From contig CAZUZW010000003.1 of the NCBI GenBank assembly GCA_964624855.1, positions 18,883 to 82,882 of the forward strand: a stretch of 64,000 bases of DNA, given 5' to 3'. Positions 37,747 to 47,306 of this stretch are shown here, piece by piece. This DNA comes from an uncultured Vicinamibacteraceae bacterium. GTDB lineage: Bacteria > Acidobacteriota > Vicinamibacteria > Vicinamibacterales > UBA8438. Both the position numbers and the translations under genes were made by a program. The notes below the pieces were generated by a model. It was not told the origin of the DNA and ran no database searches. It saw nothing but the letters and a program-made list of their open reading frames with translations. Position 1 is the first letter of the stretch. Every line of letters begins with the position of its first letter.

Positions 37747-39396
37747 ATGCGAATTCGAATCTGGTGCCAAACTAGTTGGGTAGCTTGTGCTTTGCTGAGT
37801 AGCGGGTGTGCCGGTTCTGACCCGGACCCAGCGGAGCAGAATGTTGTGGCCGTGCCCGGTGATACTTCAAGAATTGAACCTCCAACTGGCCGAGATCTGC
37901 AACCCGTCGTACTGCCTGATTTTTCTGTCATGGCTGAATCTGTCCGAGAGCAAATGCACGTCCAACTTGCTCTCGTGAGGTCTGCCATTGAGGATGGGAG
38001 TCAAAGTTCTGCAGCTCTCGGGGTTGCCTATGGGGATATGGGCAACCTGTTGCTAGCAGCGTCATTTTTTGAGGCTGCCGGGACATGCTACGGCAATGCC
38101 CAGACACTTCTTCCTGATGACCGACGATGGCCCTATTATCTGGGTCATGTCTACCGGAACACCGGTCCCATTGATGCCGCTGCGACTGCCTTTGAGCGTG
38201 CGCTAGAACTTGCACCGAACGATGTGGCAACACTCGTTTGGCTCGGTGACATTTATCTTGATCAGGGTCTGGTTGAAGCTGCTGAACCGTTATTCAGTCA
38301 GGCATTGGCCATACGACCGGCGTCAGCCGCGGCCCGGTTTGGAGCAGGTCGTGTGGCGCTCACTAACGGTGATTCTGCCCAAGCAGTTCAGGACTTTGAG
38401 GCGGCACTCGCATTTCGGCCCCAGGCGTCCACCATCCATGTTCCGCTGGCCATGGCTTATCGGAACTTGGGAGACCTTGACCGCGCGGAGACACATCTTG
38501 ACCAGCGGGGAGATGTAGAAGTCACTCCCAGGGATCCCCTGATGCAAGAAGTTGCTTCATTGCTTGAAAGTGCCGAAGCCTACAACGTCAGGGGGGGGCA
38601 AGCCATGGATGTTGGCAACTGGGCTGATGCTGCGACTTGGTTTCGTAGAGGATTGGAACTCGCGCCGACGGATCCGTCACTGCAGCACCGCCTCGGGACT
38701 GCACTCTATCAACTGGCAGACGAGGCTGGTGCGGAAGCCGCATTCGAAGCGGCGATTCGTGCGGATCCTGGCTATGTTGGCGCGCGCTACAGTCTGGGTG
38801 TCCTTCGCGCGGCAGCGGGGCGGCATCAAGAGGCCATTGACCATTTTTCAGTAGCGCTGGAACACGATCCGGTCAACATTCAAGCACGGGCGCAACTTGC
38901 CGGTGTCTTGGGGCGGAGTGGACAACCCCGTGAGGCGCTGGCGGAATACGAACGCGTGCTTGAAATGGATCCGGCACATCAGGACGCAGCGTTTGGCTAC
39001 GCAATGACCCTCGTGCGATTGGAGCGTTACGCCGACGCGCGAACCAGACTGTCCGCCGATAGCGAACGGTATCCTGATCATCCATTGTTTACGCATGCGT
39101 TAGCGCGCTTGTTGTCAGCGGCTCCGGATGACCAGGTGCGAGATGCTAGTTTGGCGCAACAGCTGATTGAACGACTTCTTGAGCAGCAACAGACCATTGA
39201 ACTTGGCGAAACGACCGCGATGATGTTGGCCGAACTTGGTGAGTATGGTCAGGCTGTCGCTGTGCAACGCGACCTATTGATTGCTGCCCAACAAGCTGGT
39301 CTTGTGGAAGTCACTGCGAGACTCGAAGTGAACCTCGCTCGGTATGAACGTGGTGAACCCTGCCGTATCCCGTGGACGCCGGAAGAACTTCCCTAG
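37747..39396 (+). CDS. TPR-repeat probable lipoprotein
   Basis: LLSSGC lipobox-like sequence; many TPRs (WPYYLG, ARYSLG, ALELAP). Confidence 0.85.
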   Translation: MRIRIWCQTSWVACALLSSGCAGSDPDPAEQNVVAVPGDTSRIEPPTGRDLQPVVLPDFSVMAESVREQMHVQLALVRSAIEDGSQSSAALGVAYGDMGNLLLAASFFEAAGTCYGNAQTLLPDDRRWPYYLGHVYRNTGPIDAAATAFERALELAPNDVATLVWLGDIYLDQGLVEAAEPLFSQALAIRPASAAARFGAGRVALTNGDSAQAVQDFEAALAFRPQASTIHVPLAMAYRNLGDLDRAETHLDQRGDVEVTPRDPLMQEVASLLESAEAYNVRGGQAMDVGNWADAATWFRRGLELAPTDPSLQHRLGTALYQLADEAGAEAAFEAAIRADPGYVGARYSLGVLRAAAGRHQEAIDHFSVALEHDPVNIQARAQLAGVLGRSGQPREALAEYERVLEMDPAHQDAAFGYAMTLVRLERYADARTRLSADSERYPDHPLFTHALARLLSAAPDDQVRDASLAQQLIERLLEQQQTIELGETTAMMLAELGEYGQAVAVQRDLLIAAQQAGLVEVTARLEVNLARYERGEPCRIPWTPEELP

Positions 39397-39421
39397 GGCC
39401 GTTTACTCAAAACATCCGTAC

Positions 39422-39466
39422 AAAAAAACCGCGCTGAGGTGGCTCCGAAGAGCCGCCCCAGCGCGG
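39422..39466 (-). terminator. Rho-independent terminator of the TonB receptor gene
   Basis: Minus strand CCGCGCTGGGGCGGCTC-TTCG-GAGCCACCTCAGCGCGG followed by T7, just after the stop at 39489. Confidence 0.9.
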
Positions 39467-39488
39467 AAGATGTAATCAGACCGCTCGA

Positions 39489-42400
39489 TTAGAAGTCGAT
39501 CTGTCCACCGAACTCAAGAATCCGTGGGTCGATAATTGAATTCGGGTATCCCCAGCGTGATCCGTAGGTGCTGTTGACTGTTCGGATGGAGCTGGAATTC
39601 ATCAGGTTATACGCATCAAAGTTAATCTGGAACCTGAAGCGGTTGTAGTTGATGATCTTGCTCGCCCGGAAATCAAGCCTCGTGATTCTGTCTTCAAACA
39701 ATGTTGACGGAGCCACGATCGGCACTGAGCGATAGCCACCACTTGAGAGCGGCCGACCCAATGACGGTTCGATTTGTGCACTCGAGTAGAGCAAGTTGGC
39801 CGCATACTCAGGACCGGAGAGGTTCTGATACGCGAAACTCACCAGGAAGTCACCCGGTAACGGCACTGACCCGAACGCCTTCATTTGAGTCTGCGCACTA
39901 AACGGCGTTACGTCGTTGCAGTAGAGCAACTCCTGCGGGGTGTCAACCACGAAGCACCGGTTCGATGTTGACGTTCCGGTATCGACACCGCCACCGAACT
40001 GAATCCCGTTGGGGAGCCGTCCGTCGAACGTGACGTTGAAGAAGTGGTTGCGCATAATCACATCCCCAAAGTTCTGGCTCTGCGTAATGTAGCTGTCGAC
40101 ATTTCCGAAACTGGACGGTTTGATGTCATACAGGCCACACAGCTGTTGGCCGCTGTTCGGGAGGCGACTATCGGTCGGTATCGTGACGCAATACTCGTCG
40201 TAATCGGCAGTACCAACGGCGGTATTGTCGGTCACGCGGTTCTTGCTGTTGTTCTCCTGCGAGTAGCCAGCATTGTTGAAGTAGTAGCCAACCGTCATCG
40301 ACAGACCGTCAGTGAGTTCCTGCTGGATCTCAGCTGACATATCCCAGTTGCTGTCGCGAAGACCATTCAGCACAGCGTCGTCCCAACGGACCGCGTTTGG
40401 ATTTCCCGCACCGAAGTTCTTGTTCGAGATAGCTCCGCACTCGCCGTTGGCACTGAAGTTACCCAAATCGCAGGTCGGGATGTAGTCGCCGTTCGCGTCG
40501 TTCCACGAGCGATTGACTGAGTTAATTGACCGAACGATGGGGTTGTTCTGGTTGGTGATTTCCGTTCCGATCTTGGCAACGTATCGGCCAAGCGACCATT
40601 TGAGGGCTGTACGGCCGTTGCCAAATACGTCGTAGGCCAGACCGATACGCGGATTGATATCTTTCCAATTCGGTGTGCCTTCACGTCGGGCATACGAACG
40701 TTCACCGAGCCACTCATTGACGCGTTCGAATCCGCCCCAGGGGTTGGGTTCATCAGGTGCGCCTGGCAGATCCTGTGCCGGCGTGTAGCCGTAGAGCGTA
40801 TCGAATCGGACACCCAAGTTAAGAGTCAACCGGTCGATAACCCACTGGTCCTGTGCGTAGAAACCAAGGTCTCGCGCACGGTCCCGCTGGAGATACGGTG
40901 TCGAATATTGCGTGATGCGGTTTGGGACAGCATTTCTGAAGCGGTACTGAACCTCACCAGACCTGAGGAGGTAGACATTGTCGACCAACTGCTCAGAGGC
41001 CATGCCCGCCTTGAAGTTGTGCGAACCCGTAACGTAGGAAACCGAGAACCGCTGACTGTAACGGTCAGTGTGGTTCGGGTCACCACGCAACCAGGCATAG
41101 TTCCCGTAGGTCAAACCAAGACCCTGGTCGGCAACCGTGACGTCACTTGCGTCAACACCTGGCATCAGGAACGTGTTCCACTGAGAAATAGCAAATGTTG
41201 CACCCGCTTCGATCAGCAGACGGCTGGTCTGAGTCGACGTCCACGACAGCTGTGTCAGCCTGTTGGGGTCAAATCGATAGCCAGGTGACGTTTCCTGCAA
41301 TCTCGAACCGTTCGTCGAACCGCAGTTGCACGCACGCTGTTCGTCGTAAGTGACATTAAATTTGTTCTTCTGAGAGGCCTGCCACGTGAGACGGCTCAGG
41401 TAAGAGTCGTACCACTCAAGTCGGCCACTGTAGCGGTCCTTCGGACGGTCGGTGTAATTTTCGAGCCGTACCACCTGCCGCTTTGTTCCTTCGGACGCAC
41501 CCATGTACCGTCCGTCAGCACACGATTGGCCGGGATGCGTGCACCGGTTCCAGTAGACGTTAGCACCCTCTCGGCTGAAGCCCCAGCTGCGACCGGCGAA
41601 GAAGAACCACAATTTGTCTCGCTTGATTGGGCCGCCCAAGCTAATCGACTCGTCCCACATCTTGGTCGTCGAGTTTGACTTGGTAATACCCTTGGTTCTG
41701 AGACTATCGGTAACGTTGTCGGACTCCATGCTGTCATTGGCAAAAAAGCCAGCGAGGATACCGCTAAAGGTGTTTCCACCTTCTTTCGGGATGACGTTGA
41801 CGACCGCGCCGTCGGCGTTGGTGTCAGCAGAAATACCCGTGGTCTGCAAGACCATTTCCTGAACGGCCGCGGCATTGATCTGGTAACTGCTGTTACCAAA
41901 GCTATTCTCGACGCCCATTCCGTCCATGGAGACTTTGGTTCCGGCTTTACCGTGATATGCGCCACCGACCTGTGAGCTGTAGCGACCGCCAACGTCAGCT
42001 AAGCCCGTAAATCCAGGCGTCAGCGTGACAAGATTGTTGACGTGCTTGGTGCTCATCGGGAGCGTTGAAAGCACTTCAGCCGTGGCCAGCGTTTGCCGCC
42101 GCACGTTCTGAATATCGACCACCGGACTGGCGCCCGTGACCGTAATGGTTTCTTCAATACCGCCGACACCGAGTTCAACGCTGATGTTAGCGGTAAAACC
42201 AGACGTTAACTCGACGCCTTCTCGGCGAATCTGGTTAAAGCCGGGCAGGGAAAATTCAACTGAGTAAGTCCCTACCGTGAGCCCGGCGAACGCGAATCGA
42301 CCTTCACCGTCAGTGATAGCGATTCGTTGTTGTTCGATTAGGGCTGGACTTGCTGCTGTGACGGTGACACCAGGCAACACACCGCCGGTGTCATCAGACA

Positions 42401-42506
42401 CGACTCCAGAGATACCGGCATCCTGAGCCGATACCACTGCAGGCACTAGCAGCAAGGAGCACAGAACTAATGCGACCTGTGCCACTCCTAGTTGACGCAT
42501 CCTCAT
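39489..42506 (-). CDS. TonB-dependent receptor with N-terminal carboxypeptidase-regulatory-like domain (Oar type)
   Basis: ISGVVSDDTGGVLPGVTVTAASPALI, ETITVTG, SLGGPIKRDKLWFF, LTLNLGVRFD, C-terminal IDF; AAGGAG SD before ATG 42506. Confidence 0.9.
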   Translation of the reverse strand: MRMRQLGVAQVALVLCSLLLVPAVVSAQDAGISGVVSDDTGGVLPGVTVTAASPALIEQQRIAITDGEGRFAFAGLTVGTYSVEFSLPGFNQIRREGVELTSGFTANISVELGVGGIEETITVTGASPVVDIQNVRRQTLATAEVLSTLPMSTKHVNNLVTLTPGFTGLADVGGRYSSQVGGAYHGKAGTKVSMDGMGVENSFGNSSYQINAAAVQEMVLQTTGISADTNADGAVVNVIPKEGGNTFSGILAGFFANDSMESDNVTDSLRTKGITKSNSTTKMWDESISLGGPIKRDKLWFFFAGRSWGFSREGANVYWNRCTHPGQSCADGRYMGASEGTKRQVVRLENYTDRPKDRYSGRLEWYDSYLSRLTWQASQKNKFNVTYDEQRACNCGSTNGSRLQETSPGYRFDPNRLTQLSWTSTQTSRLLIEAGATFAISQWNTFLMPGVDASDVTVADQGLGLTYGNYAWLRGDPNHTDRYSQRFSVSYVTGSHNFKAGMASEQLVDNVYLLRSGEVQYRFRNAVPNRITQYSTPYLQRDRARDLGFYAQDQWVIDRLTLNLGVRFDTLYGYTPAQDLPGAPDEPNPWGGFERVNEWLGERSYARREGTPNWKDINPRIGLAYDVFGNGRTALKWSLGRYVAKIGTEITNQNNPIVRSINSVNRSWNDANGDYIPTCDLGNFSANGECGAISNKNFGAGNPNAVRWDDAVLNGLRDSNWDMSAEIQQELTDGLSMTVGYYFNNAGYSQENNSKNRVTDNTAVGTADYDEYCVTIPTDSRLPNSGQQLCGLYDIKPSSFGNVDSYITQSQNFGDVIMRNHFFNVTFDGRLPNGIQFGGGVDTGTSTSNRCFVVDTPQELLYCNDVTPFSAQTQMKAFGSVPLPGDFLVSFAYQNLSGPEYAANLLYSSAQIEPSLGRPLSSGGYRSVPIVAPSTLFEDRITRLDFRASKIINYNRFRFQINFDAYNLMNSSSIRTVNSTYGSRWGYPNSIIDPRILEFGGQIDF

Positions 42507-42714
42507 GTTTGTCTCCTTCATTCATTTTCGGAGGCACCGGCCCCCGGAAACACTGTGAATGACCCCATCTAACTAACAAACAATTACGATGGCGCAAAAC
42601 GCAGCAACGCAGTATATAGCCTGTGTAAGCACACGAAGTCAAATGGCTCCGCACCCGCCAAGTTCAGTGAATCCGCTTGGCAGGGCTTTCGCCTACATAG
42701 GCAGACGGAATATA

Positions 42715-42730
42715 TGCAAGAATTGGGCCA
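42715..42730 (-). promoter_or_regulatory. Candidate sigma54 (-24/-12) promoter
   Basis: Minus strand TGGCCCAATTCTTGCA, with exact GG-N10-GC spacing and TTGCA. Confidence 0.55.
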
Positions 42731-42840
42731 ATGTATTTTTTTCTAGAAAATTAAGGAATATAAGGAATATTTAGACAGAAAAGCCCAAGTAATTGGTACA
42801 AAAAACCGAGTATTTGGTTTTTGTATAAGTCATAACGGTA

Positions 42841-42853
42841 TAAGTTGTTGATA
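42841..42853. promoter_or_regulatory. Candidate IHF-binding site
   Basis: TAAGTTGTTGATA; its reverse complement TATCAACAACTTA matches WATCAA-N4-TTR; lies in an AT-rich tract. Confidence 0.5.
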
Positions 42854-42994
42854 AGTCACATGCTTAGGAAGATCCAAAAATTTGGTTATTTAAAATGATG
42901 AGTTTTGAAGTCAGAATGTCTCTTTAAAAAAATGACACATTCTTCTGACTTAAGAGCCTGTCAGTATTCGCGGTTGTTCAAACTACGGGCTAAT

Positions 42995-43768
42995 TTAATG
43001 GGTCATGCCGTACAACATGTAATTAATTCCAAGCCTGAACCCGATGTTTTCGGATTCGATTGGGAAGAACCCCGTTCCGGCCATCTGCCAATATTCGGCA
43101 AGGTTGGTATTGTAATTGACGATCGCCATCAGGCGTTTGTCGGGATTGTTGTCTTCGAATAATCCAATATATTCAGGCTTGTATCCGAACAGGTGGTGGT
43201 TAATCGGGTGTGGAGTGTCAATTTGGTCGATACGAAAGAATGAATTAAATATGGGGTGATTCTCCTCCAGGGCCATCCAATCAGCGTTTGGAATGACTCG
43301 GTCCATTTGGGCGGCGAAATTGTCCCACTGCTCACGCTCGAAGTCATCAAAAATGACCAATCCTCCCTTCAATATGTATTCGCGAAGGCGTCCAGCTTCG
43401 TGATCTGTCATCGTCCAAAAACCGGGTTCCCACATCATCACAATTGGATATTTGAAGAGGTCGGGGTCATCAAGTGTGAGGATGAGGCTCCCGTTTGTGC
43501 GAGTGTTGACGAGGGTGAGATCGCCGAGTACGGCCATCAGGTTTTGCTCGGCACGGGGAAATTCATGCAGCCAGAAATTGAAACCTTGGCCGGCCACTGG
43601 AGCACCGTAAGTTCCGGAAGTCCATCGAAGGCGGACGAACGTGAATCGCCCATCGTAGGGAAGAGCTGGCTGCCCCCAACCACTGGACCGCGCTTGCGCT
43701 AGCACCGCTGAATTGGCGCAGAGCGCAGCCACAAGGACCAACAGGATTCGCCGAAACGTGAGCGTCAC
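42995..43768 (-). CDS. Exported DUF4159-like protein
   Basis: Signal peptide; FTFVRLRW, PRAEQNL, EPGFW, GGLVIFDDF, HPIFNSFF, LGINYMLYGMTH. Confidence 0.75.
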   Translation of the reverse strand: MTLTFRRILLVLVAALCANSAVLAQARSSGWGQPALPYDGRFTFVRLRWTSGTYGAPVAGQGFNFWLHEFPRAEQNLMAVLGDLTLVNTRTNGSLILTLDDPDLFKYPIVMMWEPGFWTMTDHEAGRLREYILKGGLVIFDDFEREQWDNFAAQMDRVIPNADWMALEENHPIFNSFFRIDQIDTPHPINHHLFGYKPEYIGLFEDNNPDKRLMAIVNYNTNLAEYWQMAGTGFFPIESENIGFRLGINYMLYGMTH

Positions 43769-43915
43769 ATTAGTGCCCTATCTATTATATGAAGGCCGCG
43801 TGCTTTTGTCGGCCACGACTCGCACGCGGGTCAGTTGGTTGAGATGTTAGGTGAGACAGCGTGGCTATTAACAACACAATGACTCAGTTCAGCACCATCC
43901 GGTGACAGTCCTCTT

Positions 43916-44854
43916 TTAGTCTCTCGCTGTCGCCTTTTCACGTTGTCGCTCACCGCTCAGAATGTTCGACATTGCGTAGTTGCCTTCGTGACACGAGTAC
44001 TCGTAAATCCGATAGTCTGGGATTCTCGGCATCGGTCGAACAGCAGTCCATGCGCTTGTATAGACTGACGGATCTTCCACCGTAAATTGATAGTCGATTA
44101 GATCGGCATTGATTCGCGTGAAGCGTTCCACCGCAGTTGTCTCGGGCGACGACGGAAAACGCAGGCGCGTTTGAGCACTATAGTTTGTGGTTTTAACGAC
44201 CAGTGTGTCGCCTTCCCAATGACCTCGGGAATCACCGTTCCACTGTCGGATTGAAGAATCCAGCTGTGGTTGTCCGTCAAGAGGAATGATCCGAACATCG
44301 TGAATGTTCTCAACCAAAATGGCAACGTATCTGGGTGACTGCACGATGTGATAGGTGTTGTTGTAGCCGGTTGAGACCGGAGGTACACCGTGATACGTGA
44401 TGCATCGATCCCACGGGCTGCGGTCCAGCCACGAATCGGCTGGATGACTATCTCGGTATTCCCGCTCGGAAGCGATCCGTGCTTGTGTTTCCTGGGTCAG
44501 GGGTAGTCGACCGTCCGGGGGGTCGATAATAAGCGACGTTCGCAGACTGGGGTCGATTGTCCCACGATCAAACCATAATGCATTGTAGTTTCCAACACTG
44601 CCTGGCTGGGGAGGTCGATCTACGCTTGTCGCGGCGTTGCGACTTGCAGCCTCCTCAGGCGTGAAGAATTCACGATTGCTCAAGTCAGCTGGTCTTTGCA
44701 GGGGTGTCAAGCTTGCATACGACCAGATCCCCTGGAGGTCAGGGTCTCCCCACGGTGTCCGTGGTGGGTTGGAGGACTGAGCAACGGTTGGCGATGGCAC
44801 CAGTAAAACGACGAGGGTCAAAACGACAAGCAGCCCGGCCACGCGAGTGCGCAT
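43916..44854 (-). CDS. Exported hypothetical protein (PDLQGIW...CHEGNY family)
   Basis: Signal peptide; PRTPWGDPDLQGIW, RTSLIIDPPDGR, GDSRGHWEGDTLVV, YEYSCHEGNY; paralog at 50136. Confidence 0.85.
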   Translation of the reverse strand: MRTRVAGLLVVLTLVVLLVPSPTVAQSSNPPRTPWGDPDLQGIWSYASLTPLQRPADLSNREFFTPEEAASRNAATSVDRPPQPGSVGNYNALWFDRGTIDPSLRTSLIIDPPDGRLPLTQETQARIASEREYRDSHPADSWLDRSPWDRCITYHGVPPVSTGYNNTYHIVQSPRYVAILVENIHDVRIIPLDGQPQLDSSIRQWNGDSRGHWEGDTLVVKTTNYSAQTRLRFPSSPETTAVERFTRINADLIDYQFTVEDPSVYTSAWTAVRPMPRIPDYRIYEYSCHEGNYAMSNILSGERQREKATARD

Positions 44855-45200
44855 TTACTATCTCCTGCAATGATTTCTTGATCTGATACTCGCCACGATA
44901 GATCTCTTTCAAATGTTCCGCAAGCATGTCCCATCTCTGTGGGGCCGACAGACCCTTAACCTCTTGTGGAGTAATAGGTGACGTGCCATGATGAGGTCGG
45001 TACTACTAACCTGTGGGACCGTTCACTTTTTGAAGAAGGCACGCGACTCTTGAATTAATTGAAAATTGGGCGTGACAGAGGACCTGGTTGCCTCGGCACG
45101 ATGGGTGCAAGATTACCGTCCCATCGTCGGAAACCTGAAAGTTTCCTTGTTCTCTAAACTCGACCGGACCTTATTTACAGTCAGCCAGGAGGAATTTCAT

Positions 45201-47171
45201 ATGCCAGGTCGTTGGATCAACATCACGTGGCTTGTGTGGCTTAGTGGGGTTTGGTTAGTCGGATCAACCCAACAACTAGGTGCACAAGGCACCGAGAATG
45301 GTGAGTGGCGCAGCTATGGGGGAGACATCGCCAATACGCGGTATTCACCACTCGACCAGATTAACGGTGACAATTTTGAAGAACTTGAAATTGCTTGGCA
45401 GGTCAAGACGGTGAACTTCGGGCCAAACCCTGAGTTCAATCTGCAGTCGACACCGCTGATGGTTAATGGTGTGGTCTACTCCACGGCTGGGTCACGTCGC
45501 GCGGTTATCGCCTTGGACGCTGGGACCGGCGAGTTGTTGTGGATGCACCGTCTTGATGAAGGCGAACGTGGTGCTGCCGCGCCACGACGGCTTTCGGGCC
45601 GTGGTCTTGCCTACCGGGACGACGGCAGGAACGGAGAGATTTTCTATGTTACGCCTGGCTACCGATTGATCGGACTCGACGCTCGAACGGGACAACGACT
45701 TTCTGATTTTGGTGACAATGGGAGTGTTGACTTGAAGCAAAACTTTGACCAAGACATAGATCTGATCACTGGTGAAGCGGGGCTGCATGCGACACCGCTC
45801 GTGGCTGGCGACACCATCGTCGTGGGAGCTGCGCATTTGCCCGGTGGGACGGCGAAGTCAATGCAAAATGTGAAGGGCTATATTCGCGGGTACGATGCCC
45901 AAACCGGTCAGCGGAAGTGGATTTTTCACACTATTCCAGGTGCCGACGACTTCGGGAATGACACTTGGCTCAATGAATCTTGGCGGTATACCGGTAACAC
46001 CGGAGTGTGGGGGCAGATCAGTGCGGACCTGGATCTCGGAATCGCGTATCTGCCAACTGAAATGCCCACCAACGATTATTACGGTGGACATAGACACGGT
46101 GACAATTTGTTTTCCGATAGTCTCATCGCCGTAGACCTCGAAACTGGAGAGCGATTGTGGCACTACCAGTTCATTCACCATGATGTCTGGGATTGGGATC
46201 TTCCTTGTGCACCGATCTTGGCGGATGTGGTGATCGATGGTGTTGAACGAAAGATTGTGGCGCAACCTTCTAAACAGGCGTGGCTTTACGTTTTTGACCG
46301 AGTCACCGGAGAGCCGATTTGGCCAATCGAAGAGCACCCTGTGGAGGCATCAACTGTGCCCGGAGAGCTGCTCTCTCTGACGCAGCCGTTTCCAACGAAG
46401 CCGCCTGCCTACGATCGACAGGGCGTTAGCCTTGATGATCTTGTCGACTTCACACCAGAAATTCGGAGACGCGCAGAAGAGATTGCGGGTCGACATCGAA
46501 TTGGCCCAATTTTTACGCCAATTACCGTGTCAGATCCCGACGGTGTGATCGGAACATTGATGTTACCGTCAACGGGGGGCGGTACAAATTGGCCGGGTGG
46601 CTCGATCGATCCGGAGACGGGAATCGCCTACCTTTACTCGGTTACCAATGTTTCCGTGCTGGGGCTCGTCAATGATCCAAGACAGTCGGACATGGATTTC
46701 ATTCGGGGTCGGGCGCGGGAGATTCCCGCGGTAGACGCTGCCCTTAATGTTGACGGGATCCCGCTTGTCAAGCCCCCGTGGGGTCGCATCACGGCGATCG
46801 ATCTCACCCAAGGAGAGATTCTCTGGCAGATTGCCCACGGGGAGACCGCCGACAATATCAGGAACCATCCCCTCCTTGAGGGTGTCAACGTACCTCGGAC
46901 CGGCCGGGTTGGCCGTGTTGGGACGCTGATAACCAAGACCCTCGTTATTGCCGGTGAGCCCGGGACATTCACAACGGCGTCAGGTGAGCGCGGCGCGATG
47001 TTGCGAGCTTATGATAAGGCGACTGGTGAGGAGCTAGGCAGCGTTTATATGCCCACGGGGGTTTCCGGTTCACCCATGACGTATATGCATGAGGGCAGCC
47101 AGTACATCGTCGTGGCTATCAGCGGCGGCGGCTTCCCTGGTGAGTTCATCGCATATCGGTTGCCAGAATAG
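45201..47171 (+). CDS. PQQ-dependent dehydrogenase (glucose/quinate/shikimate-like), exported
   Basis: AGGAGG SD before ATG 45201; WRSYGGD..NTRYSPLDQIN, QSTPL, HHDVWDWD, GGTNWPGGS, PPWGRI, PMTY...QY. Confidence 0.88.
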   Translation: MPGRWINITWLVWLSGVWLVGSTQQLGAQGTENGEWRSYGGDIANTRYSPLDQINGDNFEELEIAWQVKTVNFGPNPEFNLQSTPLMVNGVVYSTAGSRRAVIALDAGTGELLWMHRLDEGERGAAAPRRLSGRGLAYRDDGRNGEIFYVTPGYRLIGLDARTGQRLSDFGDNGSVDLKQNFDQDIDLITGEAGLHATPLVAGDTIVVGAAHLPGGTAKSMQNVKGYIRGYDAQTGQRKWIFHTIPGADDFGNDTWLNESWRYTGNTGVWGQISADLDLGIAYLPTEMPTNDYYGGHRHGDNLFSDSLIAVDLETGERLWHYQFIHHDVWDWDLPCAPILADVVIDGVERKIVAQPSKQAWLYVFDRVTGEPIWPIEEHPVEASTVPGELLSLTQPFPTKPPAYDRQGVSLDDLVDFTPEIRRRAEEIAGRHRIGPIFTPITVSDPDGVIGTLMLPSTGGGTNWPGGSIDPETGIAYLYSVTNVSVLGLVNDPRQSDMDFIRGRAREIPAVDAALNVDGIPLVKPPWGRITAIDLTQGEILWQIAHGETADNIRNHPLLEGVNVPRTGRVGRVGTLITKTLVIAGEPGTFTTASGERGAMLRAYDKATGEELGSVYMPTGVSGSPMTYMHEGSQYIVVAISGGGFPGEFIAYRLPE

Positions 47172-47306
47172 AGTCATTGGGTTTCGCGTCAATCTTTTCC
47201 TTGGTCGACTGATTCATTAGAGGTGGTTTAAAAAACTGGCAGCAGCCCTGTCGTTTTTGCGTTAGCATTGCTGGGTTCTGGCAAGCGTGGCTAGGGAGGC
47301 AGAGTA

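Noticed and set aside
44739..45000. Short minus-strand frame (WDMLAEHLKEIYRGEY) as a small gene or pseudogene relic
   Set aside because: Runs out of frame into the next gene, has no clear SD, and no homology recognised.
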